Below are positions 1-13,760 of a DNA stretch of 64,000 nt, in pieces (the first letter of the stretch is position 1; each line of letters opens with the position of its first letter). The translations under genes were made by a program, and so were the position numbers. The stretch is from Haliotis cracherodii (Eukaryota). The stretch is taken from NCBI RefSeq assembly GCF_022045235.1, contig NW_027266267.1, positions 44,888,001 through 44,952,000 of the forward strand. Reading direction: 5' to 3'. The notes under the pieces are model-generated. The model did not search any database, was not told the origin of the DNA, and worked only from the letters and a program-made list of their open reading frames with translations.

Positions 1-1171
1 GGATCTTCACGGGTTTGATACAGGTGATGTCGTTGACAATCAAATAAACTAACCTATGTCCACAGAGGTACAGCACGTGTTACAGGTAGGTACTAAGGTG
101 TGGACACCATTCCATGTTATTAATAATGATAAATATCTATCATTCCTCGATGCTTGTTTCAGGAAGGACGTGGTCCACCTAAACAGACAATCCAAGATAC
201 CCTTTAGCCTATCGAAGCTTCACCTTTGCTGGTGTTTGCGACAAGCTTCTGTGGATTATTGCACAAGAGACTCAATAATTATGTGGAGTCTCATTCGCTG
301 ATTGAGGACATCTGGCGTGAGGAGAGTCTCTCGCCAATCTAAATATTGACAAATATAATGTTGTTCATACCCGATGGAGGACTGGTGCTGAATATGTAAT
401 ATATTTAAGGTAAACGTAGATAATTTATAATTCTCAGATAGACCCTTTGACTAGCTTTAAGATTTCAAAGAGCGTCATACTACTCTTTATCAAAGTTGTC
501 TGGTCAGTGTTACAGTATCCAAGGCCTAAGTACATTTTCTAAAGTTGTTTTGTTGGACATGTGGAGGATATTTTCAAATTTGATGCGTCAGTAATAAATA
601 TGATGTCCGATGCCTTTCTCTATTTTACTTGAAACATATGTTCATGTGTTCCTGTCAGTTGATTTGTCTTTGCATGTGGGCCAGGATACACTCACCATTT
701 TGCAAAGAATTGGTTTCATCACTATTTGCTGCTTTTCACATCATATCATGTATATACTTCTCGTTATATTGTTGTAGTCACTACCACTTGATCCACGTCG
801 AAACTTCGCTAAATGCAAGAAACCAGAAGTTGTTGTCCATGATGATGGAATATAATGTAAAGGTTATGAGGATCACCTTCATCATGTAGCGTGGTTCTAC
901 AACTCTCAGGGAACATACCACTGTTCAATACCTTTAGTTGCAGAGCATGTTAAAATAATGTATATTTATCGGAGTTTCATATTCATCCAGTGAATTGGGT
1001 TTGTTCATCGCATCAATAACAGCATTATCTGCATTTTGTTATTTCTAATGGATTGAGAATTATTTTTTTTCAAGTTTCTATCTTAAAGAACATGTGTCCC
1101 TCGCTTGGCATATTACTCGGTATGTGGAATTTGAATCAAAATCAACAAAGTTTTCTTAACGAGGAGTTTAT

Positions 1172-4100
1172 CTACTGAAGTTTTCCAACAACGAGTGCGA
1201 TGGATGTCACGTGGCCACCGTTTCCATCAAAGGTCATGCTGACGGTGTTTGTTGTTTTGACCTGTGATTCAGGGATCATGAACTCCCACACGTTCCATTT
1301 TGTTTTCCCCTCAATCTTCATAGCATCAAACAACATGTAGCTTGAAGACAGCGTCAGGCCATTGAAAACCACTTCATGTGGCTTTGTATTGGCGTTCATG
1401 TCTCGGCTAACTCCAACTCTAAGATGAGCTGTATGATAGCCTGAGCTGGGTAGATGGATGTTCGTCTGCACATGTCCGTTGATGATAGGGATGACCATGT
1501 CCTTACCATAGTATGTGGTCTGGTTGTCCGTGTGTATTCCGTTAAAGTTGTAGTTGGTTTTTAACTTGTAGAAGCAGGTTGAAGATCCAGGGAGACCAAC
1601 TGTTCCATTAAGCTTAGACATGTTGAAAGGGTAATTGAGATGAAGAGCTGGATAACCATTTTCGAACAGAATGCATGTTTCTTCACCCGTAGAAGGGTTG
1701 ATCCAGCTGTCGCTAAAGTCGAGTTTTACATTCTGCCTTTCACTTCCATAGTTGTGCAGAAGAACTACCATCTCTTTGCTTTGAGGATTTGCAAGAGCAA
1801 GAGGAGCAACTATTCTCTCTTGTCCACTATATTGACTTGTGACCCGGAGAAACTTTTGATCAAATGTAAAGTTTTGCCAAAACATGAAGTATTTGGTCGT
1901 TTGAAGGGGATGACCATCCTTCGTGAATAAGGAATTTCGAAGGGAATTATGACCAGGCCATTGACCATTTGATGCGAGAAACACTGTTACTCTGTCGATA
2001 AACTCTCTCATGTTAAGGAAAGTAAACATGAAGCCGTTTGGTTGATAAATGGTTTCGAACTCTATCATTCCATTTTCAACATCGGGGCTAACTCCGAAAA
2101 CGTTTCCTCTTCCAAATTCAGTGTTAACTAACTGAACACCTTTTCCTTTCTTGAGATGAGAGTAATTCTCCACCATGTCAAGAGAAGCAGCCAGACGAGC
2201 TTCATTGATGCCAAAGACGGTGTGATTTATTCCCAGTACACGCAGATAATTGTAGGAGTGGAAAGAGAAAAAGTCCAAGTGATCAAGAGACATGTCCAGA
2301 AACTTAGCAGTTCTGTTCCAGTAGCTAAAGTTATTTTCGTCTGCTTCTCGTAAGGCCATACTGGTATACGATGGCCCTGCAACTTTTATTCCAAATCTTG
2401 ATTTCAGTTTATCGGCGACGGCCTCGTGGAAATCTATATTCGTTTGTGGGTCAATAGTCTTTTCTTTCCAATCAGGTTCATTGATGACTTCAAATATGTA
2501 GGGAAGGCGTCCTCCTGTGTAACTCTTGGCACTCTGCACCATCAGTGACACAAGCTCTGACGCAGCGTCAACGTTGTTGGGGAATCCACCTTGATGATTA
2601 GACTTATTCATCCAGTTGGGCCAGGCCGAACCTATAACAAAGGAATATATGCAATTATGCAATAACAAAAATGGAAGACAACTCTATTAATCCCGTTTTC
2701 AAATACTTAAAACAATGTGAGTGAATAGGTCAAGTAGCAGACATTTACAGCTGTTGGTGAAAATGTCATGAGTATTCTGCCGCAAATGGAATCTTATCTT
2801 TCAAATTCTCCATTACTTTTTTCAAATAATTGTCAAAACGATTTAATGACTTTCAAAACCTTGTATGTTCCAGACCATGTTGTCGATGCCGCTCCCATAG
2901 CCATCCAGTTGTTGCATATAGGATGCCCATGTTCTTGACTGGAGTGCATGGTCCTTGAGATAGGTAGTGTTTGGGTAACCATGGCGACTAGGGCTTTGGG
3001 GCCACTGAATACAATAAAATGTTATGGTATGGATTTGCCAGTTTTCACTTTGGAAGGAGACATCTTATTATGTGCATGACTTCCATCCTAGAAATAAATT
3101 AACAAAAATGTTCCCAGGACAAACATTTGTCTTGATAGGGTGTTCAAATAGGAGATGAACTACTATGTTATCATTCGGTGATACCTGTGAATCAGCTTAA
3201 CTTCAATACTACACTGTTTGTCTAATATTAAAAACAACTGGTATAAAATCTCATTTTTTATTGCATGATACCAAATTTTATTGTCTTTATGGAACTTATA
3301 TGGGCTACGTGCATAAGACTGGCAGACTTTTCAGTCCCACCATAAAAACATAGCTATTTATGTCTTGATACCAAAAATCGACATTGATTGTATGAATATG
3401 TTCGAACATCTGACCCTTAGCCCTGTGGTTCAATATTTCTACATAAGTGCATTGCTAGCAAATCTTTTCTCTCAAAGGACCATTGTGAAATACACATACG
3501 TTTTACCAACTCATTGTATATGTCGTCACGTGATAAATATAGAGGTGTTTTACTGTAGAGCATTTTAAACATCTGGTTCAGATATATTCATCTTCTCAAA
3601 TCTGTAATTTTGTAAACATGGTATTAGAACTAACACACATTTGCAGGAAAGGTGAGTGAGTGGGTATGGTTTAACGCCGCTTTTAGCAACATTCCAGCAA
3701 TATCACAGAGGCGGACACCAGAAATGGGCTTCACACATTGTACCCATGTCGGGAATTGAACCCAGGTCTTCGGCATGACCAGTGAACGGTTTAACCACTA
3801 GACTACCCAATCGCCCCTTGCAGCAAAGGGAAACACAAAATGAATGAATCTGTACCCAACAGATCAATAGTGGAAAGTATGAGTATACGTTAGATACATC
3901 AGCTCCAACTGCTTCGTTCCCATTTCAAGTTATGTAGAAATACGGCTCCTTACAATGTACCCATCAAAGCACAGATTCTGCAGGCGTACTAGAACATTGA
4001 AACCATACATGAATAAAATTGTTTCTTAAAATTTTATCTTCATTGAAGATACGTACATTTGGAAAGAGACTCAGGTCTATGTTCATCCAACGCCCGGGAG

Positions 4101-4284
4101 CCGCTCCGATAGACTTCATCTTTGGAATTAGGTTCAACTGGGTGAGTCCATTAACTTTGTTCCATCTTTCAGGTTCATAATGGACACGTCCACCCTGGGA
4201 GAGCCATTCGTTGTATATTGTGACGGTTGTGTCAGGGAGCGCCGCTCTCCACAGGAACAATGTACACACTACCAGAAGTAACAT
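1172..4284 (-). CDS. GH86 beta-porphyranase/agarase-like secreted glycoside hydrolase, copy 1; exons 4284-4057, 3004-2860, 2631-1172 (610 aa)
   Basis: Hydrophobic N-terminus MLLLVVCTLFLWRAALP. GT/AG junctions (AAT|GTACGT, TTCAG|TGG, CAAG|GTTTTG, TATAG|GT) give 228+145+1460=1833 nt in frame. Motifs FEVINEP, NFSYWN..KFLD..LDFFSFHSY, LDMVENYS, NTEFG, LRVGVSR and TFDGNGGHVTS match my recollection of bacterial GH86 porphyranase A. Confidence 0.88.
3652..3817 (-). mobile_element. SINE family A (tRNA-Asp-like head, ~165 bp, (ACTC)n tail) in copy 1 intron 1
   Basis: A/B-box-like head; TSD ttgcag(g/c)aaagg; multiple copies in the window. Confidence 0.85.
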
Positions 4285-4478
4285 TCTGCAGTGGAATTTG
4301 GATAATCCTGTTCACGAATATTGGCTTTTAAATATTATATTCAAGGCTGTAATCTGTGTGTGAAGGCAGCACGTGACAGATGTCAGGCGATGTATAAAAC
4401 ATAAGATAAGAGTAATCATAGTAAGTTCACTTTAATTTCAACCTTGATCAGTTTGCCAAGTTTTATCTTGTTGATATA

Positions 4479-5525
4479 CTGAACCGCAAAAGAAACGTCT
4501 CCATGGATAGATATATGAGAAACCTTATTTGTCCAAACACTGTAAACATACTTTGTGACATGTAAAAAGATGAAACTTGGCGAACTGATCATCAAGGTTG
4601 AAATCAAAGTGTCAAATGTTTTTAAAGTGAAACACAACACTAGTCTCTGAGAAAATGGCACCACAAGTCAGTATCTCGCGTGTCCGCCCTCAGCATTGAT
4701 GACTGCCGTGCAACGTCGATACAGGAAATGGATGAGGCGGTTGATGAAGGCCATAGGCGCTTGAGCCCACACTCTGAGGAACGCCTGACGCTGTTCAGCT
4801 GCAGTTGTCGGCCTTGGTCGGACGTCATTCAGCCGTCTCTGAATGTCGTCCCACAGGTGCTCAATGGGATTTAACTCGGGACTGAGGCCAGACGCAGCAG
4901 TAACAAAGCGTTCTTGAAGATGCTGTCGCACAATCTGACGATCCTGACGTCGATCGCGAGGGGTGACCCTTGGTCTTCCACTACCAGGTCAGTCATCTGT
5001 AGTGTTGGTGGTCTTGACCGTTGCTGGAGCTTGTATATGGTCCTTACGTGGACTTGAAATGCATTGGCTAAAGGCCGGGCGGTTTGTCCAGCTTGCAATC
5101 GTCCAAGGGCTTGGTGTCGCTGATTTTTTGTCAATCTTGGCATGTGGTAGCAATTCACTAACGAATGAATGTTATCCGATCTGGGTGGATTTTTATATGG
5201 CAAGGAATGGTGGAACGCATGTGGATTTCAAACTCACGTGCATCGGGTTACCATGGCCGTTGCCATGCGTTTGGGCGATCGGTTTTATTGTCATCTGCTT
5301 TGTTTTTTATCATCAAATTTCCCTTTTCCGGACTAGGTTATGTGAAATTTTCGAAAATTTGAATTTTTTTTACCCAGATATTTAAATGACAACTTTTCAA
5401 GCAATGTTACTTGGAGTGACGTTTCCTTTGCGGTTCAGTATATGTCTCAAAGTATATTTAGAGTGTTTGGACAAATACGTTTTCTCATATATTTATCCAT
5501 GGTGGCGTTTCTTTTGCGGTTCAGT
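4479..5525 (-). mobile_element. Internally deleted Tc1/mariner transposon
   Basis: TIR ctgaaccgcaaaagaaacgt at 4479, with inverted copies ending at ~5439 and ~5524. Paired-domain start MPRLTKNQRHQALGRLQAG and DDE-end motif SPELNPIEHLWD. Confidence 0.85.
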
Positions 5526-6559
5526 TTCCTATTTTACTAGGCTGCTGTAACGTTCCGATGTAAATGATATTTTGACATGAGGCATTTTCATACTTTTCGG
5601 GCTTTTCACAGCTTTAGTAATATGTCGGCAATATAACAGCAGCACACTCAAAAATGATTTTCACATATTTGAGGAATCAAGTCCTGGGTCTAACCTTGAC
5701 AAACGAACAATCTATCCACTTTCATTGCATTTCGAACAATTAAAAACACATACATATTATAAGACATCCATGATCAATTAACATACAACACCAATAACAT
5801 CAAATGCGTATGTTTGACTTGGAGAGAGTATCTGAATTCTCACTTTTATACCGTAGTAACACAAGCATCGAGGAATTGAGGATCAGAGATGCGGTATAAG
5901 TAAAATATGTCACAATATTCATCACCAGAGTCCTTCATAATACTTACTTTCATAAGCATGATTGTAGTTCCCTGATTGCTTATCGATGTGACTGGTGTAA
6001 AGTATTGAGAGATATGTAACGATATGGAACTTGGGTGGGTGGATGGTTGTGGCTTTTCACATTTAAGCAACATCATAATGGCAGCGTCCAAACTCGGCTT
6101 ACCTATGTGTTGAATCAATCCCGGGCCTTGGCCTTGACAAATGGACACTCTAGATCTATCTACTGGGGAACGCCCTAAGAGAACTTTAATAAGAAATATC
6201 CTTGAAGTCAAGTGAAGCCAAAACACAACTTGCTTGAAGAAAGTATGCGGAAATCAATACCGATAATATCACAAAACAAAATACGTGATAGCTATTTCCG
6301 GTGACATTCTAAAGTGACCACTCAGTGTTATAATATACAATTTCCGAGGATGCCAGAATGTTTGTCAAATTAAGAAGTGTCATTTATGTGACCATGGGAC
6401 ACATACTGTAAATCATACGTAGTTGTGGTTATACCTAGGCGTGCCAAACCTCAAAACAACAACGCATGGACATGATCGTCCGGTTACATTAATTACACTA
6501 CACCATGGATTTTAATCTGCTCCAGTTATCAATAGAGAATTCAGTAAATAATAGGAAGG

Positions 6560-6970
6560 CGAATTTCAACATCTTCCTTTAAAAACAGGTCTATGCAGTT
6601 CACTCGAAAGCAAGACGTCACGTGCCCTTTAACGGTTCCCATAGGCAGCAAACATTGGTACGGGCAAGTCAAAACCAAGGAAGAGTTGCGAGGAATCAGG
6701 GCTTTGCCTACTTTTTACAAATGGCAGAAAACGTTGTTGACGGCGTAGCGGCGAACAGTGCGCCAGGATAAAAAATCTGAATCTGGATCATGATCTGTAT
6801 GGGGGCAGTAGTGTCATGGTGTTGGCCGGTATCACATACATGACATGCGAACTGATTTGGTTATTGTGAATGGACATTCACAGACGAAAATCTGCGTCGT
6901 GTCGTTGTTCCAATTGCTAGACGTATCGGCAGAAATTTTGAGCAGCAAGACAACATCGTTCCCAGGTCAT
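6560..6970 (+). mobile_element. Degenerate Tc1 transposase remnant
   Basis: Fragments resembling GGSSVMVLAGI, DE.LR..VVP and QQDN. Confidence 0.55.
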
Positions 6971-8400
6971 TACCCATTATCAGCGTCTGTGGGATGTGCT
7001 GTGTCTATACATTGACACAATAAAAAGAAATTACTTTTACAGAAATTTGTCGTCATTACAACCTGAATATCATTTCACCACTTCCTTTGTTGTTTGTTAG
7101 ACATAATTCCTCTTTGTCAGTTTATGCATACTGCCATTCACAGCTAAATATAGATAATCTGGATACCAGTTTGTAGCGGCGGGATAAGTAACTCCGAGAA
7201 GAGCATAACACGAAAGGAATTTGGAAAGGTAAACGTTAACATATCCCTTGTACTTTCTCTTCATTTATGAAGTGTTTGGGATGAATGTTACCAACAAGTT
7301 CACGACAATAGTCCAAGACCCAACGCGAAGGCTGTGCGTTTTATTTAAAAAGGTTAAATCAGTTCTGTGCCAGTGCTGAGTTCTTATTGCTGTTGGTTCT
7401 TTGACATAATTTCATCTACAGCTATATACATCATGGGTAGTAGCACAAAAGCTCAGTTTGTGTGTAATACTGTTTTCAATTATGCTAATGAGTAAACAGA
7501 TATGTGATAATTCATAGTGACATGTGAAATCAATTACCAAATCAAAGTTGCTCCAATATATCAAACCAAAATATGTTTCATAAACGATATAAGCTAATTG
7601 ACCCCTTCATCAGTTGGCTGTGCACCAAAAGTAATTTTTATTGCATTATTAGTAACACCATTGGTGGGAAATAATTAAAGTATCCATTTCAATTATACTT
7701 CCTACTCTGTATAAGACCTCTGTGGTCTGGTGGATTGGAAGGTCGGCGCTCGGCATTGATCTTTAGCCTGCCGTATTGTTTTAACATAAGGCAATCTAAA
7801 GAGAGTCGACGATTTCAAGCAGTCCGTGTTTCATTGAACAAGGATCAATTGAACAAATATTTTGCATATTCATTCCTGATAGAAAACTACACAGGACTAT
7901 ATAAAACTATCCCGATGTTCTTAATCTGACCAAAGCGAACACAAAATTTTCTTGAACTTACCTGATTTACGCTATTGAAGGTGGTTTGCGTTTTATGTTA
8001 GGAACCTTTTTAATTTGTTAAATTTGTGCAAATTGATTTCAGTGATCATATCTCTGATATTCTAATTTTAACTGATTTATGAAGTCGATTTGTTTACTGG
8101 TAAATAATATCCCAATGGTAAATTATGAACCATTTCAGTAAATTTATGATCAAAACGTTAAACCAAAAGTTTCGAGGTCAGTTGCAGAAATACGAACATT
8201 CGGGTTAATCTAACATTTAATGTTATTAAATTTGCAGGAAACAATTCACAACTTATAAATATTCACCTCATCCTAATTTCAAGTGTTTTTGTTGAATATT
8301 TATGATTTAAGAAAATACAAATCCTGTGTGATGATGCTAGCAGACGTACGACACAGTGTGTAGACACTTGCAGTAAGCAATACGATCCCATCATCGTGAG

Positions 8401-8756
8401 GACCGCCTCCGTGGTCTAGTGGTAGAGCGTCCGCCCGGAGACCGGAAGGTCCGGGGTTCGATCCCCGGCCGCGTCATACCAAAAGACGTTAAAAGATGGT
8501 ACTTGTTGTTACCCTGTCTGGCGCTCGGCATTAAAGGGCTAAAACAAGGACTGGTCGGCTCGGAGTCAGTATACTGTGTCTGAGTGGGGTATTCATGTTA
8601 AACTGCAGCATGGTATCTCAGTGAGCTAGCACTATAAATCGGCATCAGTCCTGACTAGTACAAGCAGCTACACTAACACGCACACGTACATGCACGTTGC
8701 TATATAAGTGCAATAATCTGGGACGCGACGTTAAACCCCATTTCACCTCACCTCAC
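8401..8756 (+). mobile_element. SINE family C (~355 bp, tRNA head, core resembling MetaSINE domain, (CACCT)n tail)
   Basis: GTGGTCTAGTGG...GGTTCGATCCCC head; CATACCAAAAGACGTTAAAAGATGGTACTTG core (MetaSINE resemblance is from memory); TSD catcatcgtgag. Confidence 0.8.
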
Positions 8757-9311
8757 ATCATCGTGAGCCAAGAGAACTTGTGTTGAACTGATGATAATGA
8801 GTTTTGAAAATGGATATGCCAGGTCGGGTTGGATTTAACAGGAGGAAACATATTCCCATTAATTTGCCTAATGGTTCTGTCAGAACTGTTAGGGACATGT
8901 AGAGGGTGAGTGAGAGAGTTGGGTTTAACACGATTTTGAAAAGTATTGCAGTTATATCACAGCACGTCAGCACATTGTAGAAAGAAAGTGATGCAGGCCT
9001 CAGACGTTGAGCACTTAGGTGAAACCCACGAGCACGTATGTTGTTGGAACGAGACTTGTAAAGCCTATATCTATCTGTTTTATTGACATATTCCGCTCTA
9101 CAATACCGTCAATAAAGTTATTTGGATTAGTCGATAACACCAACCTTTATATGATAAATCTATTTCTGATGGATTGACAAAATTATCTCTTTAAAGTTTG
9201 TATTGGCCTATCTATCTCTATTCTCTGTGACACGTCACCTTCTCTTGGCATTTCATTTCTCATCCGGGATTGAAACACAAGTAAAATATTCTTATGGACT
9301 TTTAACTTTAT

Positions 9312-12300
9312 CTACTGAAGTTTCCCAACAACCAGTGCTACGGATGTCACGTGGCCACCATTTCCATCAAAGGTCATGCTGACGGTGTTCAATGTGTGGA
9401 CCTGTGATTCAGGAACCATGAACTCCCACACGTTCCATTTTGTTTTCCCCTCCGCCTTCATAGCATCAAACAGCATGTAGCTTGAAGACAGCGCATGGCC
9501 ATTGAACACCATTCTATTGGGTTTTGCATTGGCATTCTTGTCTCGGCTAACTCCCACTCTAAGATGAGCTGTATGATAGCCAGAGCCGGGTAGACTGATG
9601 GTTGTCTGCGCATGTCCGTTGCTGATGGGGATGACCATGTCCTTACCATAGTATGTGTTCCGGTTGTCGGTGCGTATTCCAGCAAAGTTGTAGTTGGTCT
9701 TAAAGTTGTAGAAGCAGGTTGAAGATCCAGGGAGACCAACTGTTCCATTAAGCTTAGACATGTTGAAAGGGTTATTGAGATGAAGGGCTGGATAACCATT
9801 TTCGAACAGAATGCATGTTTCTTCACCCGTAGAAGGGTTGATCCAGCTGTTGTTAAAGTCGAGTTTTACATTCTGCCTTTCACTGCCATAGTTGTGTAGA
9901 AGAACTACCATCTCTTTGCTTTGAGGATTTGCAAGAGCAAGAGGGGCAACCATTCTCTCTTGTCCACTATATTGACTTGTGATCCGTAGAAACTTTTGAT
10001 CATATGTAAAGTTTTGCCAAAACGTGAAGTATTTGGTCGTTTGAAGGGGATGACCTTCCTTCGTGAATAAGGAATTTCGAAGGGAATTATGGCCTGGCCA
10101 TTGCCCATTTGAGTGGAGAAACACAGTTACTCTGTCGATAAACTCTCTCATGTTAAGGAAAGTAAACATGAAGCCGTTTGGTTGATAAATGGTTTCGAAC
10201 TCTATCATTCCATTTTCAAGATCGGGGGCCACTCCGAAAACGTTACCTCTTCCAAATTCAGTGTTAATTAACTGAACATTTTTTCCTTTCTTGAGATGAG
10301 AGTAATTCTCCACCATGTCAAGAGAAGCAACCAGACGAGCTTCATTGATGCCAAAGTAGGTATGATTTCCACCCGATACACGCAGATAATTGTAGGAGTG
10401 GAAAGAGAAAAAGTCCAAGTGATCAAGAGACATGTCCAGAAACTTAGCAGTTCTGTTCCAGTAGCTGAAGTCATTTTCGTCTGCTTGTCGTAAGGCCATA
10501 CTGGTGTACGTTGGCCCTGCAACTTTCATTCCAAATCTTGATTTCAGCTTATCAGCGACGGCCTTATGGAAGTCTATATTCGTTTGTGGGTCAATAATGT
10601 TTTCCACCCAATCAGGTTCATTGATGACTTCAAATATGTGGGGACTGCGTCCTCCTGTGTAACTCTTGGCACTCTGAACCATCAGTGACACAAACTCTGA
10701 CGCAGCGTCAACGTTGTTGGGGAATTTACCTTGATGAAGAGACTTATTCATCCAGTTGGGCCAGGTTAAACCTATGATGAAGAAACATATACAATTGGAA
10801 AAGAAAATGGAAGTCGTATATTTTTTCATCTACCCTATTGGGCAAAAAGAGTATGAGTGGATAGGTGAAGTGTTGGTGAAATAAAAGATGATATGTATCT
10901 GCCACGTTTGGAATCTTATCTTTGAAAACTCTGTTTACTCTTTTCATATACTTCTCAAACCGATTTAATGACTTGCAAAACCTTGTATGTTCCAGGCCAT
11001 GTTGTCGATACTGCTCCCATAGCCAGCCAGTTGTTGCATATATGACGCCCATGTTCTGGACTGGAAAGCATGGTCCTTGAGATAGGTAGTGTCTGGGTAA
11101 CCATGGCGACTAGGGCTTTGGGGCCACTGAATAAAAAAATAATATGGAATGGATTTGGCAGTTTTCACTATGGTAGACATGTTCCAAGGTTCATGACTAC
11201 CCTCCTGGAATTAAATTATTATAAATGTTCCCAGGACAAACATTGGTTTTGAAAGGTTGTTTATATGAACTAATAGACAATCATATATTGATACCCGTGA
11301 CGGAGCTTCAATACTACATTGTTTATCTAATATTGAAAGAAAACTGGTGTAATATCTCAATTTGATTCGCTTTCTTTATGGAAAATAGGTGTGCAATATA
11401 TAAGACTAGCATACTTTCCAGTCACATCATAACATAAAACAGTTATTCATGTCTTTGTTCTAATAATCTACATTGATATGTGGAAGAAGATGTTACAAAA
11501 CACCTAACCCTTAGTCCTGTGGTTCAACATTGCTAGATAAGTGTTTTGCTTGAACAGCTTTCCTCTATTAGGACCGTTTTGAAATACACATATGTTTTAC
11601 CAACTCATGTTATATGTCGTCACGTGATAAATATAGAGTTACGTTTCATGTTAAAGCATTTTAAACATCTGATTCAAGGATTTTAAGTGTTAAGCTCCTC
11701 AAATAATTATGTTAACGACCTGTTGTCACTTTTTTACTTACCATATGTATTCTTCATGGGTGTATTGAATCCCTATGATATTGCTGTGCAGTGATACATG
11801 CCTGATCTGAGATGTTATGGCCCTGTTGACAACGTATCAGTGAGGGAAGGTACACACTGTACGGATTAGGGGTAATAATTGGTGTGGATGTGGGCAAAGT
11901 GACGACATTTTGCGATTTTCTGTATTTATTTTTAAACATCTGTTCTTCTTTGCGGCACCGTGAATTTAATTGAATAAGATCTATATGCACATAGTTTTGA
12001 ACTAACAAACATCAGCAAAAGAACATATTGAATACCTGAATCTGCACCCAGACAAATCAAGTGTTGACAGTATGAGCCGTGGTCATCTATGAGTGAGTGA
12101 GTGAGTTGGGTTTAACGCCGCTTTTAACAGTATTCCAGTTATATCACGGCGTGTCAGCTTAATGTGGGAGGAAAGCCCGAAGTGATGCAGGTCTCAGATG
12201 TTTACCACTTCGGTGAAACCCACGAGCACGGGTATGGTGCTGAAAAACCTAGAAACATAATTGGGGCGAACCGGTATTCGAACCGACAATCATAGGTTTC

Positions 12301-13051
12301 TGGCGTGCCCAAGGGACGCAACTCTGCACAGTGAATCGCGGCGCCTTAGACGACTGGGCCCCCGTGCCCCCGGTCAGCTATGAAGACATCGGACCCGAAC
12401 ACTTACTGCCCCATTTGCATTGCAAGGTAGGTATATTGTAATGAGCTATATTCCTATCTATGAAAGCATAGATTCGGTAGGAATACTTGGACATTGAAAC
12501 CATACATGAATCATATCATTTTCATCATAGACGATTCTGTTTACTTCATACATACATTTTACCCGTGAAGATCCGGGGTAGAATAGATCCTCAGCAACCC
12601 ATGCTTGCCGTAAAAGGTGACTATACTTGTCGTAAAAGGCGACTAATGGGATCGGGTGGTCAGGCTCGCTGACTTGGTGGATGCATGTCATCGATCCCAA
12701 TTGCGTGGATCGATGCTCATGATATTAATCACTGGATTGTCTGGTCCAGACCGTCATATAGCTGGAATATTGCTGAGTGCGGCGTTAAACAACAAAACAA
12801 CAAACCAACCAAATCATACATACATTTGGGAAGAGACTCTCATCGCTGTTCAACCAACGTCCGGGGGCCGTTCCGATAGATTTACACTTTGGAATTAGGT
12901 TCAGTTGGGTGAGTCCATTAATTTTGTTCCATCTTTGAGGTTCATAATGGACACGTCCACCCTGGGCGAGCCATTCGTTGTGGATTGTCACGGTTGTGTC
13001 AGAGAACGCCGCTCCCCAGAGCCACGAGGAGCACAGAACCAGCAGTACCAT
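9312..13051 (-). CDS. GH86-like glycoside hydrolase, copy 2; exons 13051-12824, 11126-10982, 10771-9312 (610 aa)
   Basis: Same exon sizes and phases as copy 1 (228/145/1460); EVINEP and NTEFG intact; signal peptide present. Confidence 0.88.
12091..12371 (-). mobile_element. SINE family B (~280 bp, tRNA-derived) in copy 2 intron 1
   Basis: Head GGGGGCACGGG..GGCCCAGTCGTCTAAGGCG, B box GGTTCGAAT; TSD ggtca(t/g)ctatga. Confidence 0.85.
12561..12811 (+). mobile_element. SINE family D (non-tRNA head ACCCGTGAAGATCCGGGGTAGAATAG..., (CAAC/CAAA)n tail) in copy 2 intron 1
   Basis: About ten copies in the window; source of the recurring spurious ORF MVRLADLVDACHRSQLRGS. Confidence 0.82.
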
Positions 13052-13412
13052 TCTTCAGTGAAATTATGATACTCCTGTCCACAGGCCAACACAGGCTTTC
13101 AACTATTTAATTCATGTCTGTAATCTGTGCGTGAAGGCAGCATGTGACATGTGGCATGAATTGCATAAAACACATCTGCGATAAGAGAAGTTAGACTCAA
13201 CAGAGGCCCCCCTCTGCTCTTTCTGCAATATTCAAACCTCAACCTTTCGGCAGCCTGAGGGTTGTATATAAAGTGTGTTTCCACTTTCAGAATACAACAA
13301 TACCGAGGATATATGAAACAAGTGACGTAACTCGTAATGACATCAGGCTCAACTAAATAGTATACTATTTTACTAGTTCGTCTTATGCCGCAAAAGAAAC
13401 TTCTGTTCCAGA

Positions 13413-13760
13413 AGACCGTTTCCGTGGCCTAGTGGTAGAGCGTCCGCCCGGAGAGCGGAAGGTCCGGGGTTCGATCCCCGGCCGCGTCATACCAAAAGAT
13501 GTTAAAGGATTTTACTTGTTGTTACCCTGTCTGGCGCTCGGCATTTAGGGGCCAAAACAAGGACTGGTCGGCTCGGAGTCAGTATACTGTGTCTGAGTGG
13601 GGTATTCATGTTAAACTGCGGCATGGTATCTCAGTGAGCTAGCACTTTAAATCGGCATCAGTACATGCAGCCACACAAACACACACACGTACATGCACGT
13701 CGCTATATAAGTGCAATAATCTTGGACGCGACGTTAAACCCCATTTCACCTCACCTCACC
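13413..13760 (+). mobile_element. SINE family C, followed by an older headless copy at ~13800-14065
   Basis: Near-identical to 8401-8756. Confidence 0.8.

Noticed and set aside
20-640. Possible Penelope-like remnant at the window start, and similar sequence at 62700-63480
   Set aside because: Only faint motif traces; too degraded to call without a search.
1640-2353. Antisense and alternate-frame ORFs repeated in each paralogue (MRVILHHVKRS..., MKSWITIFEQ...)
   Set aside because: Shadow frames of the conserved coding exon with inconsistent lengths.
1172-2668. Treating the ~475-505 aa ORFs as complete single-exon or bacterial genes
   Set aside because: Most track starts lie in intron 2 or at internal codons. 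Conservation begins at an AG acceptor, and upstream exons supply the signal peptide.
12656-12898. Recurring small ORF MVRLADLVDACHRSQLRGS as a gene family
   Set aside because: It is a translation of SINE family D, starts at GTG and has variable ends.
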